Shown piece by piece: positions 1 to 10,573 of a stretch of DNA of 25,786 nt. The stretch is from a virus (taxonomy: Duplodnaviria; Caudoviricetes): positions 1 through 25,786 of IMG/VR virus record IMGVR_UViG_3300049141_000036, one strand, 5' to 3'. The translations under genes and the position numbers were made by a program. Position 1 is the stretch's first letter. Each line of letters starts with the position of its first letter. The notes below the pieces were generated by a model, which ran no database searches, was not told the origin of the DNA, and saw nothing but the letters and a program-made list of their open reading frames with translations.

Positions 1-255
1 AGCGCGGGCAAGCAACGGGCCGTCGTACTGGGCGACCTGGCGGCCGTGGCCGCAGCCGAACGCAAGCCGGAGGAAGCCTGCGACTGGGCGCTGAAGGCTC
101 TCAACCAGCTGTCGGTCACGTGGTACGCCACCGGCATGGACCGGGTACGGGACGTCCGGACCGCGCTCCACCCCTGGAACGGACACCCGCGGGTGGCCGA
201 GCTGGACGACGAGATGTTCGGGTGGCGCGCGACCGTCAGCGCTCTCCAGCGTTGA
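1..255 (+). CDS. C-terminal part of a helical protein (5' end outside the window), probably a Streptomyces XRE-family regulator with a TPR-like C-terminus
   Basis: Frame 1 is open from base 1 (SAGKQRAVVLGDLAAVAAAERKPEEACDWALKALNQL...) to TGA at 253-255. The amphipathic helical pattern resembles the C-termini of such regulators. The HTH domain itself is not visible. Confidence 0.5.
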   Translation, partial: SAGKQRAVVLGDLAAVAAAERKPEEACDWALKALNQLSVTWYATGMDRVRDVRTALHPWNGHPRVAELDDEMFGWRATVSALQR

Positions 256-898
256 TCTTGGCGATCCTCTCGGGGAGCTCGGTGAGGCTGTCGACGCGCA
301 TGGTCGGCAGCCTCACGGCGTCCTCGGTGTGCCACTGGATGTGGGCCCACGGGCCGCGGCGGATGAGCGCGGTGAGCATGCCCGCGGCCAGCGCGGGGAG
401 CACGTCGTTGTCCATTCGGTCGCCGACGTAGAGGATCTCTTCGGGGGCGAACGGCACCGCCTCGGCGACCCGGACGAAGAACTCCGGGTCGGGCTTGCTC
501 GCGCCCCAGTCGTCCGAGGTGCCGATCAGGTCGACGTCCCTGGTGAACAGCGCCCTGAGGATGTGGCCGGCCCGCACGGTCTGGTTGCCTGCGATACCGA
601 GCCATAGCCCGTCGGCACGGAGCTGGGCCAGCGCGGGGCGTACGTCGGGGTAGAGGTCCTCTTCACCGAAGTGCTCTGGCTGCCCTGCCGCGGCCCGCGC
701 CTCGCGTTCGGCGTACAGGTCGAAGCCGGGCCGGAACTCCTGGAACACGTCCCTGTAGTCGCGGCCCTGGGCGATGACCGCGCCGAACATGGCGGCGAAG
801 GTGTGGCGCGGCACGCCGAGCCAGTCGGCCCACGTGCCGTACTCCCGCGTCTCGTCTACCAGGCACTCACCGACGTCGAAGACCACAGCGCGAATCAT
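236..898 (-). CDS. HAD-superfamily hydrolase
   Basis: Starts MIRAVVFDVGECL (motif I), then IAGN (II), SKPDPEFF (III) and YVGDRMDND (IV). Start trimmed to the ATG at 898. Confidence 0.9.
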   Translation of the reverse strand: MIRAVVFDVGECLVDETREYGTWADWLGVPRHTFAAMFGAVIAQGRDYRDVFQEFRPGFDLYAEREARAAAGQPEHFGEEDLYPDVRPALAQLRADGLWLGIAGNQTVRAGHILRALFTRDVDLIGTSDDWGASKPDPEFFVRVAEAVPFAPEEILYVGDRMDNDVLPALAAGMLTALIRRGPWAHIQWHTEDAVRLPTMRVDSLTELPERIAKINAGER

Positions 899-930
899 GG
901 CGACAACATAATCGGCAGCCCGGCATGACG

Positions 931-968
931 AAAGCGCCCCCTTCCGCGCAGCAGCGCGGAAGGGGGCG
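931..968 (-). terminator. Intrinsic terminator closing the late/lysis operon
   Basis: Perfect 15-bp stem CGCCCCCTTCCGCGC (935-949) / GCGCGGAAGGGGGCG (954-968) with a 4-nt loop. It lies 4 nt after the collagen-gene stop and is followed by CTTT on the minus strand. Confidence 0.8.
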
Positions 969-972
969 TCGT

Positions 973-1931
<959 letters not shown>

Positions 1932-1947
1932 GTGGGTGCTCCGTTCC

Positions 1948-2172
1948 TTAGCGCGCGATCGGGCCGCGCGGGGTGTGCTTCGCTGCCCAGCCGGCCACGA
2001 ACGTGACGGCGGTGGGGACGAGGGCGAGGACGAACGGCTCCAGCGCGTCCGGCAGTCCGCCGACCAGGCCGGCGTTGTCCTGGATCGCGGTCAGGATGGC
2101 CAGCAGGCCGGTACTGGCGAGGTAGGCGGCGACGGACGCGGCGGTGACCTTCTTCTCTACGGGTGCAGCCAT
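1948..2172 (-). CDS. Holin
   Basis: 74 aa, MAAPVEKKVTAASVAAYLAS...FVAGWAAKHTPR, two TM helices and a basic C-terminus. AGAAGGA RBS; follows the endolysin. Confidence 0.85.
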   Translation of the reverse strand: MAAPVEKKVTAASVAAYLASTGLLAILTAIQDNAGLVGGLPDALEPFVLALVPTAVTFVAGWAAKHTPRGPIAR

Positions 2173-2210
2173 GAACGGTGCTTCCTTCTGTGAGGTGGTA
2201 CGGGGGGTGA

Positions 2211-3173
2211 TCAGGCGGCCCAGCGCAGGGCGCGCAGGACGCGACGCTCCACGCGGGCGGGGCGGTCGCAGAAGATCTCGACCTTGAGCTGTTCCTCGGC
2301 GTCGAGCCGGCCGGTGCGGTGGGCGGCCACGTCGAGCCGGCCGTCGTCGCCGATGACGCCGACGTCCACCGACAGATCGAGCGACGGCCGGCCGGTGGCG
2401 AGAGGCAGATCGTGATACCGGGCCCGGACGCGGGCGCCGGGCTCGCCGACGACGGTGACGTACGCGGTTGCCGCGTACGCGCACGGGCCCTGGAGAAGCG
2501 CGGTATCTGCGGCCATCCGCAGGAGCGTGTACTTGCCGGGCTCCAGCTCCGGGCCGCCGGTCTCGGACTCGGTGATGACGTCGGGCATGTCGGGGTCCTC
2601 CTGTACGGGGGCGGGGGCGGTGTGCTGAGTGGGGTCGGTGCCGCCGCCACCGGCGCGGGCCCGGATGGCGGGGAAGATGAGCTCGCGGAACTGGCGGGCG
2701 CGGGCGTCGCCGGGGCATGCGGTGCCGCCGACGGACCACTCGGGGTACATGCGGTGGTAGCCGTAGCCGGGGTCGGATGCCGAGCGGCAGATCCGCAGCG
2801 GGATGCCGTGGCGCTGGTGCAGCCACACCCCGAGCTGGATCAGGGCTTCGATCTGGGCGTCGGTCCACGGGTCGGTGTGCTGGAGGTTGGAGGCGGTCTC
2901 GATGGACACGGCGCCGGTGCCGTCCGGTCGCCGGTTGGCTTGGTAGTTGGCGTCGGCGCGGGTCTCGGTGCCGATGTACTGGGCGAGGTCGCCGGCGTAC
3001 CCGAGGCCGAAATGACTGTCCAAGGACGTGCTGTCTCGCCAGTACTCGTACATGCGGCGTGCGGTCCATGGCGCGGCGATGCTGTGCAGGATGAACTGCG
3101 TGGGCCGGATCGCGGGCTGTGTGTCCGACTCGGGCTGCAACTCCATCCGGGTCGCGGCGGGATACCAGGCCAT
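2211..3173 (-). CDS. Endolysin, N-acetylmuramoyl-L-alanine amidase (Amidase_2 type) with a C-terminal domain
   Basis: Zn-amidase motifs ILHS, SHF, SIET, GYH and TACPG, then a Gly/Pro linker. GAAAGGA RBS before the ATG at 3173. Confidence 0.88.
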   Translation of the reverse strand: MAWYPAATRMELQPESDTQPAIRPTQFILHSIAAPWTARRMYEYWRDSTSLDSHFGLGYAGDLAQYIGTETRADANYQANRRPDGTGAVSIETASNLQHTDPWTDAQIEALIQLGVWLHQRHGIPLRICRSASDPGYGYHRMYPEWSVGGTACPGDARARQFRELIFPAIRARAGGGGTDPTQHTAPAPVQEDPDMPDVITESETGGPELEPGKYTLLRMAADTALLQGPCAYAATAYVTVVGEPGARVRARYHDLPLATGRPSLDLSVDVGVIGDDGRLDVAAHRTGRLDAEEQLKVEIFCDRPARVERRVLRALRWAA

Positions 3174-3184
3174 GACGGGTCCTT

Positions 3185-3670
3185 TCAGATGAGCCGTGCG
3201 TAGCGGGGGGCGAGGCCGATGGAGCCGCCGAGACCCCACTTGCCGCCGGTGGTGGCGCCCGACGTGCGGCGGGCCTGGATGCTGACCTTGACCTCCGCGT
3301 CGGCGAGGTACGGGGTGAGGTCGATGACGGGGGCGGCGAACTGGAAGCTGAACGTGGGCGCGACCGACCCGGACGCCACGACGGTGGTGTCGTTCAGGAG
3401 CACCTGCCACTCACCACCGGAGTTCGCGGCCGACACCTGATCGCCGATCGCCACCAGACCGAGCGCGAGCGTGGCGGTGCGCGGGGTGAGGACGGTCTCC
3501 CACATCGTCGTGAAGCCCGTATAGCTCTGGTACGGCATGGTGTGCAGACCAACAGGGAAGAGCGGCAGCTCGTCCGGGCGGGCCGGGTCGCGGCGCCGCA
3601 GGTCCGCGACGAGCCGCTCCAGCCGCGTAAGGCGCTGGATCAGGTTCGGGGTGCTGGCGTACTGGGGCAT
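3185..3670 (-). CDS. Minor tail protein
   Basis: MPQYASTPNLIQRLTRLERLVADL: short coiled coil followed by a beta-rich domain; last gene of the tail module. Confidence 0.65.
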   Translation of the reverse strand: MPQYASTPNLIQRLTRLERLVADLRRRDPARPDELPLFPVGLHTMPYQSYTGFTTMWETVLTPRTATLALGLVAIGDQVSAANSGGEWQVLLNDTTVVASGSVAPTFSFQFAAPVIDLTPYLADAEVKVSIQARRTSGATTGGKWGLGGSIGLAPRYARLI

Positions 3671-3671
3671 G

Positions 3672-4844
3672 TCACACCGCCGCGCAGGTGAGGGAAACCC
3701 GCTCGGGTCCGGAGCGGGCGGAGTTCTCGATGCCGACGATCCGCAGCACTGCCTCACGTCCACCCGGCATCTGCGTGGACGGCTCGACGATGAACAGCGC
3801 CTCGTCCCCCACGCTGTAGCTGCCGAACTGTGGGTCGGTGTCCGCCGACACCGTGAACCGCGGCTGCACCTGCGCCTGCGACCGCGCGGCGAGCTCCGCT
3901 TCGGTGAGCGACGCGAGACGGCCCGCGGTCTTCACGCCGTCCCACCGGGACACCGACTCCAGCAGCGGCCACCCGGACGCCAGCATGTCGGTGTGCTGCG
4001 CCACCGACTGGAGCACCGCCGACCCGGACCCGTCGCCGAGCCCGGACACCTCCGTCGCCAGCGCCGTGCCGTCCTCCGGCCATTCGTAGTCGACGATCGA
4101 CGAGGCGTGTCCGCCGTGCACGAAAACGAGGCCGGATTCTGCGGCGGTCCGGCCGCGCCGCGGGTAGTAGGTGACCGCGCGCCGGTAGCGGGTCGGTGCG
4201 CTGCCGTTGGTGGGGTTGGTCCATCCGACCTCGATGCCCCAGTCGAATCCGTCCGCGGCACTGGCGAGGTCGCTGATCGCCTTGTAGATCTCGGTGCGCT
4301 CCTGCGCCTCGTACGTCACCGACCGGGTGATGCCGTGCCCGGTGCCGGCGAGTGCGGTGATGTCGACTCCGATGTCCCCGCCGGCCTGCGCGTGCGCGTA
4401 CCGCAGCAGCGACCAGGCAATGTGCTTCTGGTCGGGGTAGAGACGCTGCCCGTCCGGCACGTAGTCCGTGTCGGTGATCTTCGTGGTGTCGGTGGATAGG
4501 GTCGTCTTGACGTAGCGGCGCTGGTAGTACGACGGGAACTCCGCTGCCTGGACGTCGCGGCCGCCCTTGGCGGTGGTGCGGGCCCACACGATGCCGCCCC
4601 ACACGATGACGCCGTCCCGCTCCACGTATAGCGCGGTCCGGCCCGGGACCGTGGCGGCGTCCGGGTCGAGCGGGAGGGTCTCGTCGGAGTACGGCACGGT
4701 GGCGCGTAGCGTGCCGATCCCTGACAGGGCTGTCGAGTAGGTGACCCCGCGCAGCGGGAGTTCGGCGAGGAGGGTGTCGGTGCGCAGGTCGCACAGCAGG
4801 TAGCTGTACTGGTGCCGGACCGCGGCGCCTGCCGGGGTGCTCAT
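3672..4844 (-). CDS. Minor tail/baseplate hub protein (Tal, Gp37-like)
   Basis: ATGA overlap at 4841-4844. YSYLLCDLRTD...LAELPL, LYVERDGVIVWGGIVW and YSVGDEA patterns typical of actinophage hub proteins; located downstream of Dit. Confidence 0.75.
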   Translation of the reverse strand: MSTPAGAAVRHQYSYLLCDLRTDTLLAELPLRGVTYSTALSGIGTLRATVPYSDETLPLDPDAATVPGRTALYVERDGVIVWGGIVWARTTAKGGRDVQAAEFPSYYQRRYVKTTLSTDTTKITDTDYVPDGQRLYPDQKHIAWSLLRYAHAQAGGDIGVDITALAGTGHGITRSVTYEAQERTEIYKAISDLASAADGFDWGIEVGWTNPTNGSAPTRYRRAVTYYPRRGRTAAESGLVFVHGGHASSIVDYEWPEDGTALATEVSGLGDGSGSAVLQSVAQHTDMLASGWPLLESVSRWDGVKTAGRLASLTEAELAARSQAQVQPRFTVSADTDPQFGSYSVGDEALFIVEPSTQMPGGREAVLRIVGIENSARSGPERVSLTCAAV

Positions 4845-5872
4845 ACGGCCCGCCCTCTGACGCCGTCGAGCTGCACCCAGTTGCCGGTGGCGAGCGCCTG
4901 CGACCCGTTGGTCAGGGAGATCGCGCCGAGCGGGCTGACGTCGATCCGGACGTAGTTCTGCGCCACCGATGTGCCGCCGACGCCACGGATCCACGTGGCA
5001 GGGAACAGAGCAGCAGGCAGCGTGCCCACGTTCGCGTTCGCGCCTGCGGCCACCGCGGTCCCCCGGATCATGCCGGACAGTTCGAGTGTCCCGTCGGCGG
5101 TGATGCGGGCCATCGGCGCCGGGTCGGAGCCGCCGCCGTTGGGCACCCACGATCCGACGAGGGTGATCGCCTGCCAGGATGTGGGCTTCGGGTTGAGGGT
5201 GGCGGTGGTGCCGTCGCTCTTGCCGTACACGAACATGTCCGTGTCCGTGCGGTACATCACCTGCCCCGGGTGCGGGCGGGCCGGGGTGAGCGCCGCGGTG
5301 ACGGGCAGGATCCCGCCGGCAGCGACCGCGTACACCCGGACGTCGGTGATGGTCCCGCTCGTGACGCTCGTCTGCGACGGGGCGATGGCGATGTCCGCCA
5401 GCGGAATGCTGTTGGCAGGCAGCGCCGGCCGGACCGCCGCGCCGGCACTCGCCGCGTACGCCCCCTTGATCACCTCAAGGCGCCACTCATTGGCCGAGCC
5501 GGACGTCTCGGCGTCGTACACGGAGGCGACCACGCAGTCCTTCCGGTACTGCCCGGCGCCGCCGGCCGCGTCGATCGTGAGGGTGACGTCGCCGTCGGTG
5601 GCGCAGACGTAGGCGCCCTGTCCGCCGGTGTCGCGCTGGTCGATGTAGCAGGTGCCGCCGGACACGATGACGGACATGTTCGGCGTGCCCTGCGCCCTGA
5701 CCTTGAGCTGGTAGTTCTGGTAGCTGGGCTTCACTCCGGACCGGACGCGTACCGGCGCGGCCTCGTCGGCGGCCGTGCCGTGGTAGCCCATGAGGCCGGA
5801 CAGGGCGAGGCGGTCGGTCCGTGCCGGGTAGCTGCCCGCCTGCATCCACGCCGGGGGGTTGATCAATGCCAC
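4841..5872 (-). CDS. Minor tail protein, possible receptor-binding fibre
   Basis: 343 aa. LKVRAQGTPNMSVIVSGG and PALPANSIPLADI baseplate-type motifs, and a C-terminal beta domain (VGTLPAALFP). Confidence 0.7.
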   Translation of the reverse strand: MALINPPAWMQAGSYPARTDRLALSGLMGYHGTAADEAAPVRVRSGVKPSYQNYQLKVRAQGTPNMSVIVSGGTCYIDQRDTGGQGAYVCATDGDVTLTIDAAGGAGQYRKDCVVASVYDAETSGSANEWRLEVIKGAYAASAGAAVRPALPANSIPLADIAIAPSQTSVTSGTITDVRVYAVAAGGILPVTAALTPARPHPGQVMYRTDTDMFVYGKSDGTTATLNPKPTSWQAITLVGSWVPNGGGSDPAPMARITADGTLELSGMIRGTAVAAGANANVGTLPAALFPATWIRGVGGTSVAQNYVRIDVSPLGAISLTNGSQALATGNWVQLDGVRGRAV

Positions 5873-5885
5873 TGGTGTGCTCCTC

Positions 5886-6743
5886 TCACAGCGTGGTGTC
5901 CCGCCACGTGACCGTCAGCAGGGATGCCTGACCGGGCGCGCCCGCCAGGGCGCTTCCGCGGTAGACGAGTTCGTTCGTGCCGGGCAGCAGCAGAGGCCAC
6001 ACCGATCCGGCGCGCACCCACGTGCGGCGCGGCGCTGAGCCGTTGAGCAGCACCGCCCGGGTGCGGGTGTCGATCAGCAGGAACTCGCCCGGCTGGAGGG
6101 TGCCGTCGACGACGAGCGTCGATCCCGTCCCGACGTGCTCGATCGACGGGGCGGCGACGGGCCCGTCCAGCCGCAGCACCGGGAATGCGTCGGCGGCGCC
6201 GGCGTTGACGGCAGTCATCCGGCCGGTCGTCCCCATCGCGCCGTACGTACGGGGATGCACCAGCGGATACGTGCGGCCCACGCTCGGGCTGTAGGCGGTG
6301 GTGCTGGTGCTCTTCTCCTCGACGCCGTACACGTACGGGTCGGGGCAGTAGATCTCCAGCGCCGCCGTGCCGGTGCGCCACAGGTGCTCCGCGTCGTACG
6401 GCAGTGCCCGCTTCCGGATCTTGCCGTACACGAGGGCACCCCAGTCCACGAACGTCAGCGGCAGCGGGGTGCGCTGCGGTTGCGTTGCCGCGCGCAGGGC
6501 CAGCGTCAGCGCGCGCAGCTCGTCCGGGGTGTCGGCGACGAGGGACAGGCCGAGCTGGATCGTGCGCCCCTCGACGTAGTCGGGGCCGGAGTAGTCGCCG
6601 TGCTGGCCGGTGCGCTCCTCGTCCTCGGCGCGGACGCCGGGCAGATCGTCCAGCCCGGACAGGGCGGTGACGTGGTAGGCGGATCCGGGCCCGAACACGA
6701 GTCCGTTCCACTCGATGGCCCCGAGACGCTGCGTGTCAGCCAT
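5886..6743 (-). CDS. Distal tail protein (Dit)
   Basis: Directly after the tape measure. CPDPYVY, NAG..AFPVLRLDGP and LLPGTNEL motifs. Confidence 0.8.
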   Translation of the reverse strand: MADTQRLGAIEWNGLVFGPGSAYHVTALSGLDDLPGVRAEDEERTGQHGDYSGPDYVEGRTIQLGLSLVADTPDELRALTLALRAATQPQRTPLPLTFVDWGALVYGKIRKRALPYDAEHLWRTGTAALEIYCPDPYVYGVEEKSTSTTAYSPSVGRTYPLVHPRTYGAMGTTGRMTAVNAGAADAFPVLRLDGPVAAPSIEHVGTGSTLVVDGTLQPGEFLLIDTRTRAVLLNGSAPRRTWVRAGSVWPLLLPGTNELVYRGSALAGAPGQASLLTVTWRDTTL

Positions 6744-9168
6744 GGGTGCCCCCCACCAGTCCGCGCCAGGACAGGGCGCGCAGGATGCCGTCCGGGCTGG
6801 CGTCGCCGCCGGACAGGTTGAACGTGTAGTGCGTGTCGCCGCCGGCCAGCGGCGCGGCCGGTCCGGCGACCGCACTCGCGGCCATGCTCGGCACGCTGGC
6901 GGTGATGCTCTGGAGCTGCGCCCGCAGCGCGGGGAGCTGCGCGGCAATGCCCGCCTGGAGGCCCTCGATGAGCAGCCGGCCGGACGGGGCGAGGATCGTC
7001 GCGTCCCGCTCGGCCGGCCCCTTCCAGTCGGGCAGCTTGTCCGTGATGCCGCCGAGGGTGCCGGACAGGGACGGGATCATCGACGAGATGCCGTTGATCA
7101 GGCCGCGGACGATGGACTGCCCGATGCCGTACAGCATGCCTGCCGCGCCGGACAGGGCACCCTGAATCCGGCCGGGGATCGACTGGAACACGCCGATCAC
7201 GCGGCCGAGGGCGTCCTGTGTGGCGCGGATCATCGAGGAGCCCATGGCGTACACGCGGGACGCGACGCCGTTGGCGAGATCCTGTAGGGCGGGGTAGATG
7301 CCGTGCTTGAGCCGCTGCCAGTGCCCGCCGACATCCCTGCTGGTGTTTTCGGACAGGGTCTTGGCGTGGCCCATGGCGGCCGACCAGTCACCCCGCATCA
7401 ACGCGGCCATGGTCTTCAGCGCGGGGATCACGTAGTTGGTGATGACGTGCCAAACGGTCTCCAGCCCGCCGCTCACCAGCATGGACAGGCCCAGCATGAT
7501 CGGGCGGAGGATCGGCGCGAGATCCTCGACGAGCGCTGAGACGAGGTCGAGGACGCCCACGATGAGCGGCGTCACGGCTTCTAGGATCTTGGCGAATCCC
7601 TGCCCCATCGCGGTCAGTCCCGGGGCGAGTTCGATCAGTACCTCGGTGAGCAGGGGGAAGAGTGTCTCGGCGAGGCGGACGAATGGCGGCAGGATCTTGG
7701 GGAGTACCTCGGTGGCGAGCGTCTCGAAGATCGGCATCAGTAGTGCCGCGAGGTTCTTCGCGAGCTGCGCCACGAACGGTGCCGCTGCCTGGAAGATCTG
7801 GGAGAGCGCCTCAAAAAGGGGCACGAGTGCGGGCAGGAGAGCGCTGATCAACTGGGCGGCCACGTCGATCAGCGGCAGCGCCGCCACGATGAGCTCGCCG
7901 AGGGCGCCGGCCGCGGTGACGAGGACCGGCCCGAGCGCCTCGAAGATTTTCAGCAGCCCGGCGCCGAGGTGCTCGATGAGAAGCTGGATCGGCGGGCCGA
8001 GCTGCACCATGATGCCGGCGATGGTGCCCAGCACCGACGCCAGCAGCGGGCCGGCGGCCTGCGCGAGCTGAGCCATGACGCCGAACAGCGCGCGCAGCCC
8101 AGCCTGTACCTGCGGGCTGGCGAACGCGGCCGCCATGGCGCCGGTGATCTGCTCCAGGACGCCGAGGAATCCGCCGCCCTCGGCCTGCGCGGCGCTGAAG
8201 ATGGAGCGGACGACGCTGAAGACGTTGCCCGCGATGGTGCCGAGCTGGCTGAGCAGGTCGAGCGCCTGATCGATCGCTCGCTCCATCGCGCCCGACTCGA
8301 ACGCGGCGGTGAGCTTCTGCGAGATCCGGTCGGCGAATCCCGCGGCGCCGGACGTGAGCCGGTTGAACGCGGGCGCGGCGGCGGCACCGATCTGGATCAG
8401 CCCGGCAGTGATCTGCCCCGGGATGCGGCGCATGTTGTCCAGGCCCCGCGTTGCCCCGTCCACCGCCTTGCCCAGCGTTCCGCTCTGGGCCATGTCCGTG
8501 GCGGCGGTCGCCATCCCCTTGGCCATGGCGCGGGTGGAGTCCGCCGCGTCGAGCAGGCCGCGCCGCAGCACCGGCAGGGTGGCGGTCGCGGTGGTCTTCA
8601 GGGTGTCGTCGAGGCCGCGGAAGAACCGATCCTGTACCGCCTGCTGAAGTGAGCGGAGTTGCGGCGCCAGGGTGCGGACCTGCTGCGCGAACGCCCTCGC
8701 GTTCGGGCTCAGCTTCTCCAGCGCCTTATTGAACTCGGCCGCCTTGCTCGGATCGAGGGCGGCACCGATGGCCTCGTCCATGCCGACCATCGCAAGACGC
8801 ACCGCGCCGGAGGCGAGCTGGATCGCCATCATCGCCGAGACGCCCACCGCGGCGGCCGGCGCGATCTGCGCCAGCGTCGCGACGAGCCCGGCGACGATCG
8901 GCACCGCGCCGCCGATTGCTGCGCCCGCGGCGGCGAACGGCACCGCGAGGCGTCCGCCGATGCTGCCGACGGTGCTGACCACGCGGCCGATACCCGCGGC
9001 GAGGCGGCTGGTATCGAGCCCGCCCAGCCGGTCGTTCGCCGATTCGACGAGACGGCTGATCTGCCGGCGGGTGACTGCCTGCGCGAACCGCAGTCCGCTG
9101 ACGAGCCGGGACAGGTCGAGGCTCACGCGGCCTGTCAGCTCCGGCTCATCGCCGGCGGGCGTGGTCAT
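6736..9168 (-). CDS. Tape measure protein
   Basis: 810 aa, Ala/Leu/Gly-rich and helical with ~11-residue Pro-spaced amphipathic repeats. GAGGAGG RBS; follows the tail chaperones. Confidence 0.92.
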   Translation of the reverse strand: MTTPAGDEPELTGRVSLDLSRLVSGLRFAQAVTRRQISRLVESANDRLGGLDTSRLAAGIGRVVSTVGSIGGRLAVPFAAAGAAIGGAVPIVAGLVATLAQIAPAAAVGVSAMMAIQLASGAVRLAMVGMDEAIGAALDPSKAAEFNKALEKLSPNARAFAQQVRTLAPQLRSLQQAVQDRFFRGLDDTLKTTATATLPVLRRGLLDAADSTRAMAKGMATAATDMAQSGTLGKAVDGATRGLDNMRRIPGQITAGLIQIGAAAAPAFNRLTSGAAGFADRISQKLTAAFESGAMERAIDQALDLLSQLGTIAGNVFSVVRSIFSAAQAEGGGFLGVLEQITGAMAAAFASPQVQAGLRALFGVMAQLAQAAGPLLASVLGTIAGIMVQLGPPIQLLIEHLGAGLLKIFEALGPVLVTAAGALGELIVAALPLIDVAAQLISALLPALVPLFEALSQIFQAAAPFVAQLAKNLAALLMPIFETLATEVLPKILPPFVRLAETLFPLLTEVLIELAPGLTAMGQGFAKILEAVTPLIVGVLDLVSALVEDLAPILRPIMLGLSMLVSGGLETVWHVITNYVIPALKTMAALMRGDWSAAMGHAKTLSENTSRDVGGHWQRLKHGIYPALQDLANGVASRVYAMGSSMIRATQDALGRVIGVFQSIPGRIQGALSGAAGMLYGIGQSIVRGLINGISSMIPSLSGTLGGITDKLPDWKGPAERDATILAPSGRLLIEGLQAGIAAQLPALRAQLQSITASVPSMAASAVAGPAAPLAGGDTHYTFNLSGGDASPDGILRALSWRGLVGGTHG

Positions 9169-9187
9169 GGGGTGTGGTCACCTCCTC

Positions 9188-9873
9188 TCACTGCGGTTGC
9201 ATGGCGGCCAGGGCCAGCAGGGACGGTCCTGCCGATGGCGCCTGCTCGGGTGGGGTGTTGGCGCGGCGGTGCTGCTCGGTGAGGGTGAGTAGCTGCGCGA
9301 GGGTCAGCTCCCAGAAAGCGGCGTCGCTGCGGCCGAGGGTGACGGTGCCGATGTAGTAGAGCTCGGGCCACGGAAGGTGTTCGGGACCGTCAGAGGGACG
9401 TCGGTGTACGGCCCCGACGGGGCCATCGCTTCCCCCTGCGGGAACGCCTCCGCGAACGCCTGGGACATGGCGGTGATGACGTCCTCGAAGTGCGTGAAGT
9501 CGAGCAGGTCACCGAGCTCGGCGCGGTCGCTCTGGCGGACGTAGCGGACGGCGGTGACCTCGCGTACGTCCCGGGAGGTCTTGCGGCCGTCGGGTGTCTC
9601 TTCGCGGACGGTGGTGACTCGCTCGGTGATGTGCGGGACGAATCCGCCGGAGCCGGTGAGCCCGGCGCCGATGAGCTCGATCATGGGTCCGATGACGACG
9701 CCGGACAGGCCCTTGCCGTCGAGGGCCTCGAACGCCTTGAGGACGTTGTCGATGCCGCCGTGTCGCTGCTCCAGCAGGGCGAGGGAACCGAGCGAGTAGC
9801 GCAGGCGGGCGGTGGTGCCGTCGGCGAAGTGGATTTCCCGCCCGAGGGCGGCGAGCTTGTGCACGCTGGTCAT
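9188..9873 (-). CDS. Tail assembly chaperone, long -1 frameshift form (GT-like, ~228 aa)
   Basis: G GGG GAA at 9436-9430. The -1 frame reads GSDGPVGAVHRRPSDGPEHLPWPELYYIGTVTLGRSDAAFWELTLAQLL...AMQPQ and stops at 9188, just before the tape measure RBS. Confidence 0.8.
9304..9873 (-). CDS. Tail assembly chaperone, short form (G-like)
   Basis: 189 aa between the major tail and tape measure genes; becomes low complexity after the slippery site. Confidence 0.8.
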   Translation of the reverse strand: MTSVHKLAALGREIHFADGTTARLRYSLGSLALLEQRHGGIDNVLKAFEALDGKGLSGVVIGPMIELIGAGLTGSGGFVPHITERVTTVREETPDGRKTSRDVREVTAVRYVRQSDRAELGDLLDFTHFEDVITAMSQAFAEAFPQGEAMAPSGPYTDVPLTVPNTFRGPSSTTSAPSPSAAATPLSGS

Positions 9874-9966
9874 GGGTGATCCCTTGAGTCAGTGCCGGGT
9901 TTCGGCCTGCGGACGGGGGAGCGGGCCGGGCGGGTGCGCGAGCGAAAGGCGCGCCGCGCCCGGCGG

Positions 9967-10533
9967 TCAGGCGATGGCGGTCGCGGACTCGTTGAGGACG
10001 ACGGAGATCCACTTACCGGAGGACTGGAGCGGGTCGGCGGTCGCGCTGAAGCTCGCGATGCGGTAGTCCTCCTCGGCGAACCCGAGGTCCGGGAAGGAGG
10101 AGAGCGTCAGCTTGTGCAGCACGACGTGGAGGTCACCGCCGACGATGTCCATGCCGTTCGGCGGGGTGACCCCTTCGAGCTTGAACGGCGGGAACGTGGC
10201 GTCGTCGCTGCTGAGGTCCCACACGGTCTTCTGCGACGGAGTGGTCCCGGAGTCCGTGACCGCGCCGCCGAGAATCGCGACGAGCACGTCAAGGCTGAGC
10301 TTGGCGTGCGTGACGGACACCTGAACGCTGGAGATCGCCGAGTTCGAGGCCAACGGCCCGTTGTCGCCGCGGAGGCTCTTCACCTCCACCTCACCCGACA
10401 CCTCAAAGCTCTTGATGCCGGGCACGTCGATGGGCGACCCGTACGTCGGGGAACCGCCCGCCGGGTCGGCGGTCAGCGGGGAGATCTTGGCGTCCTGGAT
10501 GCCATACACGCGGGTGAAGCGCTGAAGAGGCAT
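9967..10533 (-). CDS. Major tail (tube) protein
   Basis: MPLQRFTRVYGIQDAKI...YGSPIDVPGIKSF...LRGDN, a phi13-like tube pattern. AGGAAGG RBS. Confidence 0.85.
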   Translation of the reverse strand: MPLQRFTRVYGIQDAKISPLTADPAGGSPTYGSPIDVPGIKSFEVSGEVEVKSLRGDNGPLASNSAISSVQVSVTHAKLSLDVLVAILGGAVTDSGTTPSQKTVWDLSSDDATFPPFKLEGVTPPNGMDIVGGDLHVVLHKLTLSSFPDLGFAEEDYRIASFSATADPLQSSGKWISVVLNESATAIA

Positions 10534-10573
10534 GGGGTGTCCTTCCTGGTGCCGGGGTCCGGCCCTGCGGGGT

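Noticed and set aside
1948-3069. 373-aa ORF as a single protein
   Set aside because: Only the last 74 codons (holin, with its own RBS) are credible; the rest overlaps the endolysin out of frame.
9165-9371. 68-aa ORF as the second chaperone
   Set aside because: Wrong frame; the protein-like sequence is in the -1 frame ending at 9188.
9926-9963. Terminator after the major tail gene
   Set aside because: The GC hairpin is imperfect and has no U-tract; it may attenuate transcription but is not supportable.
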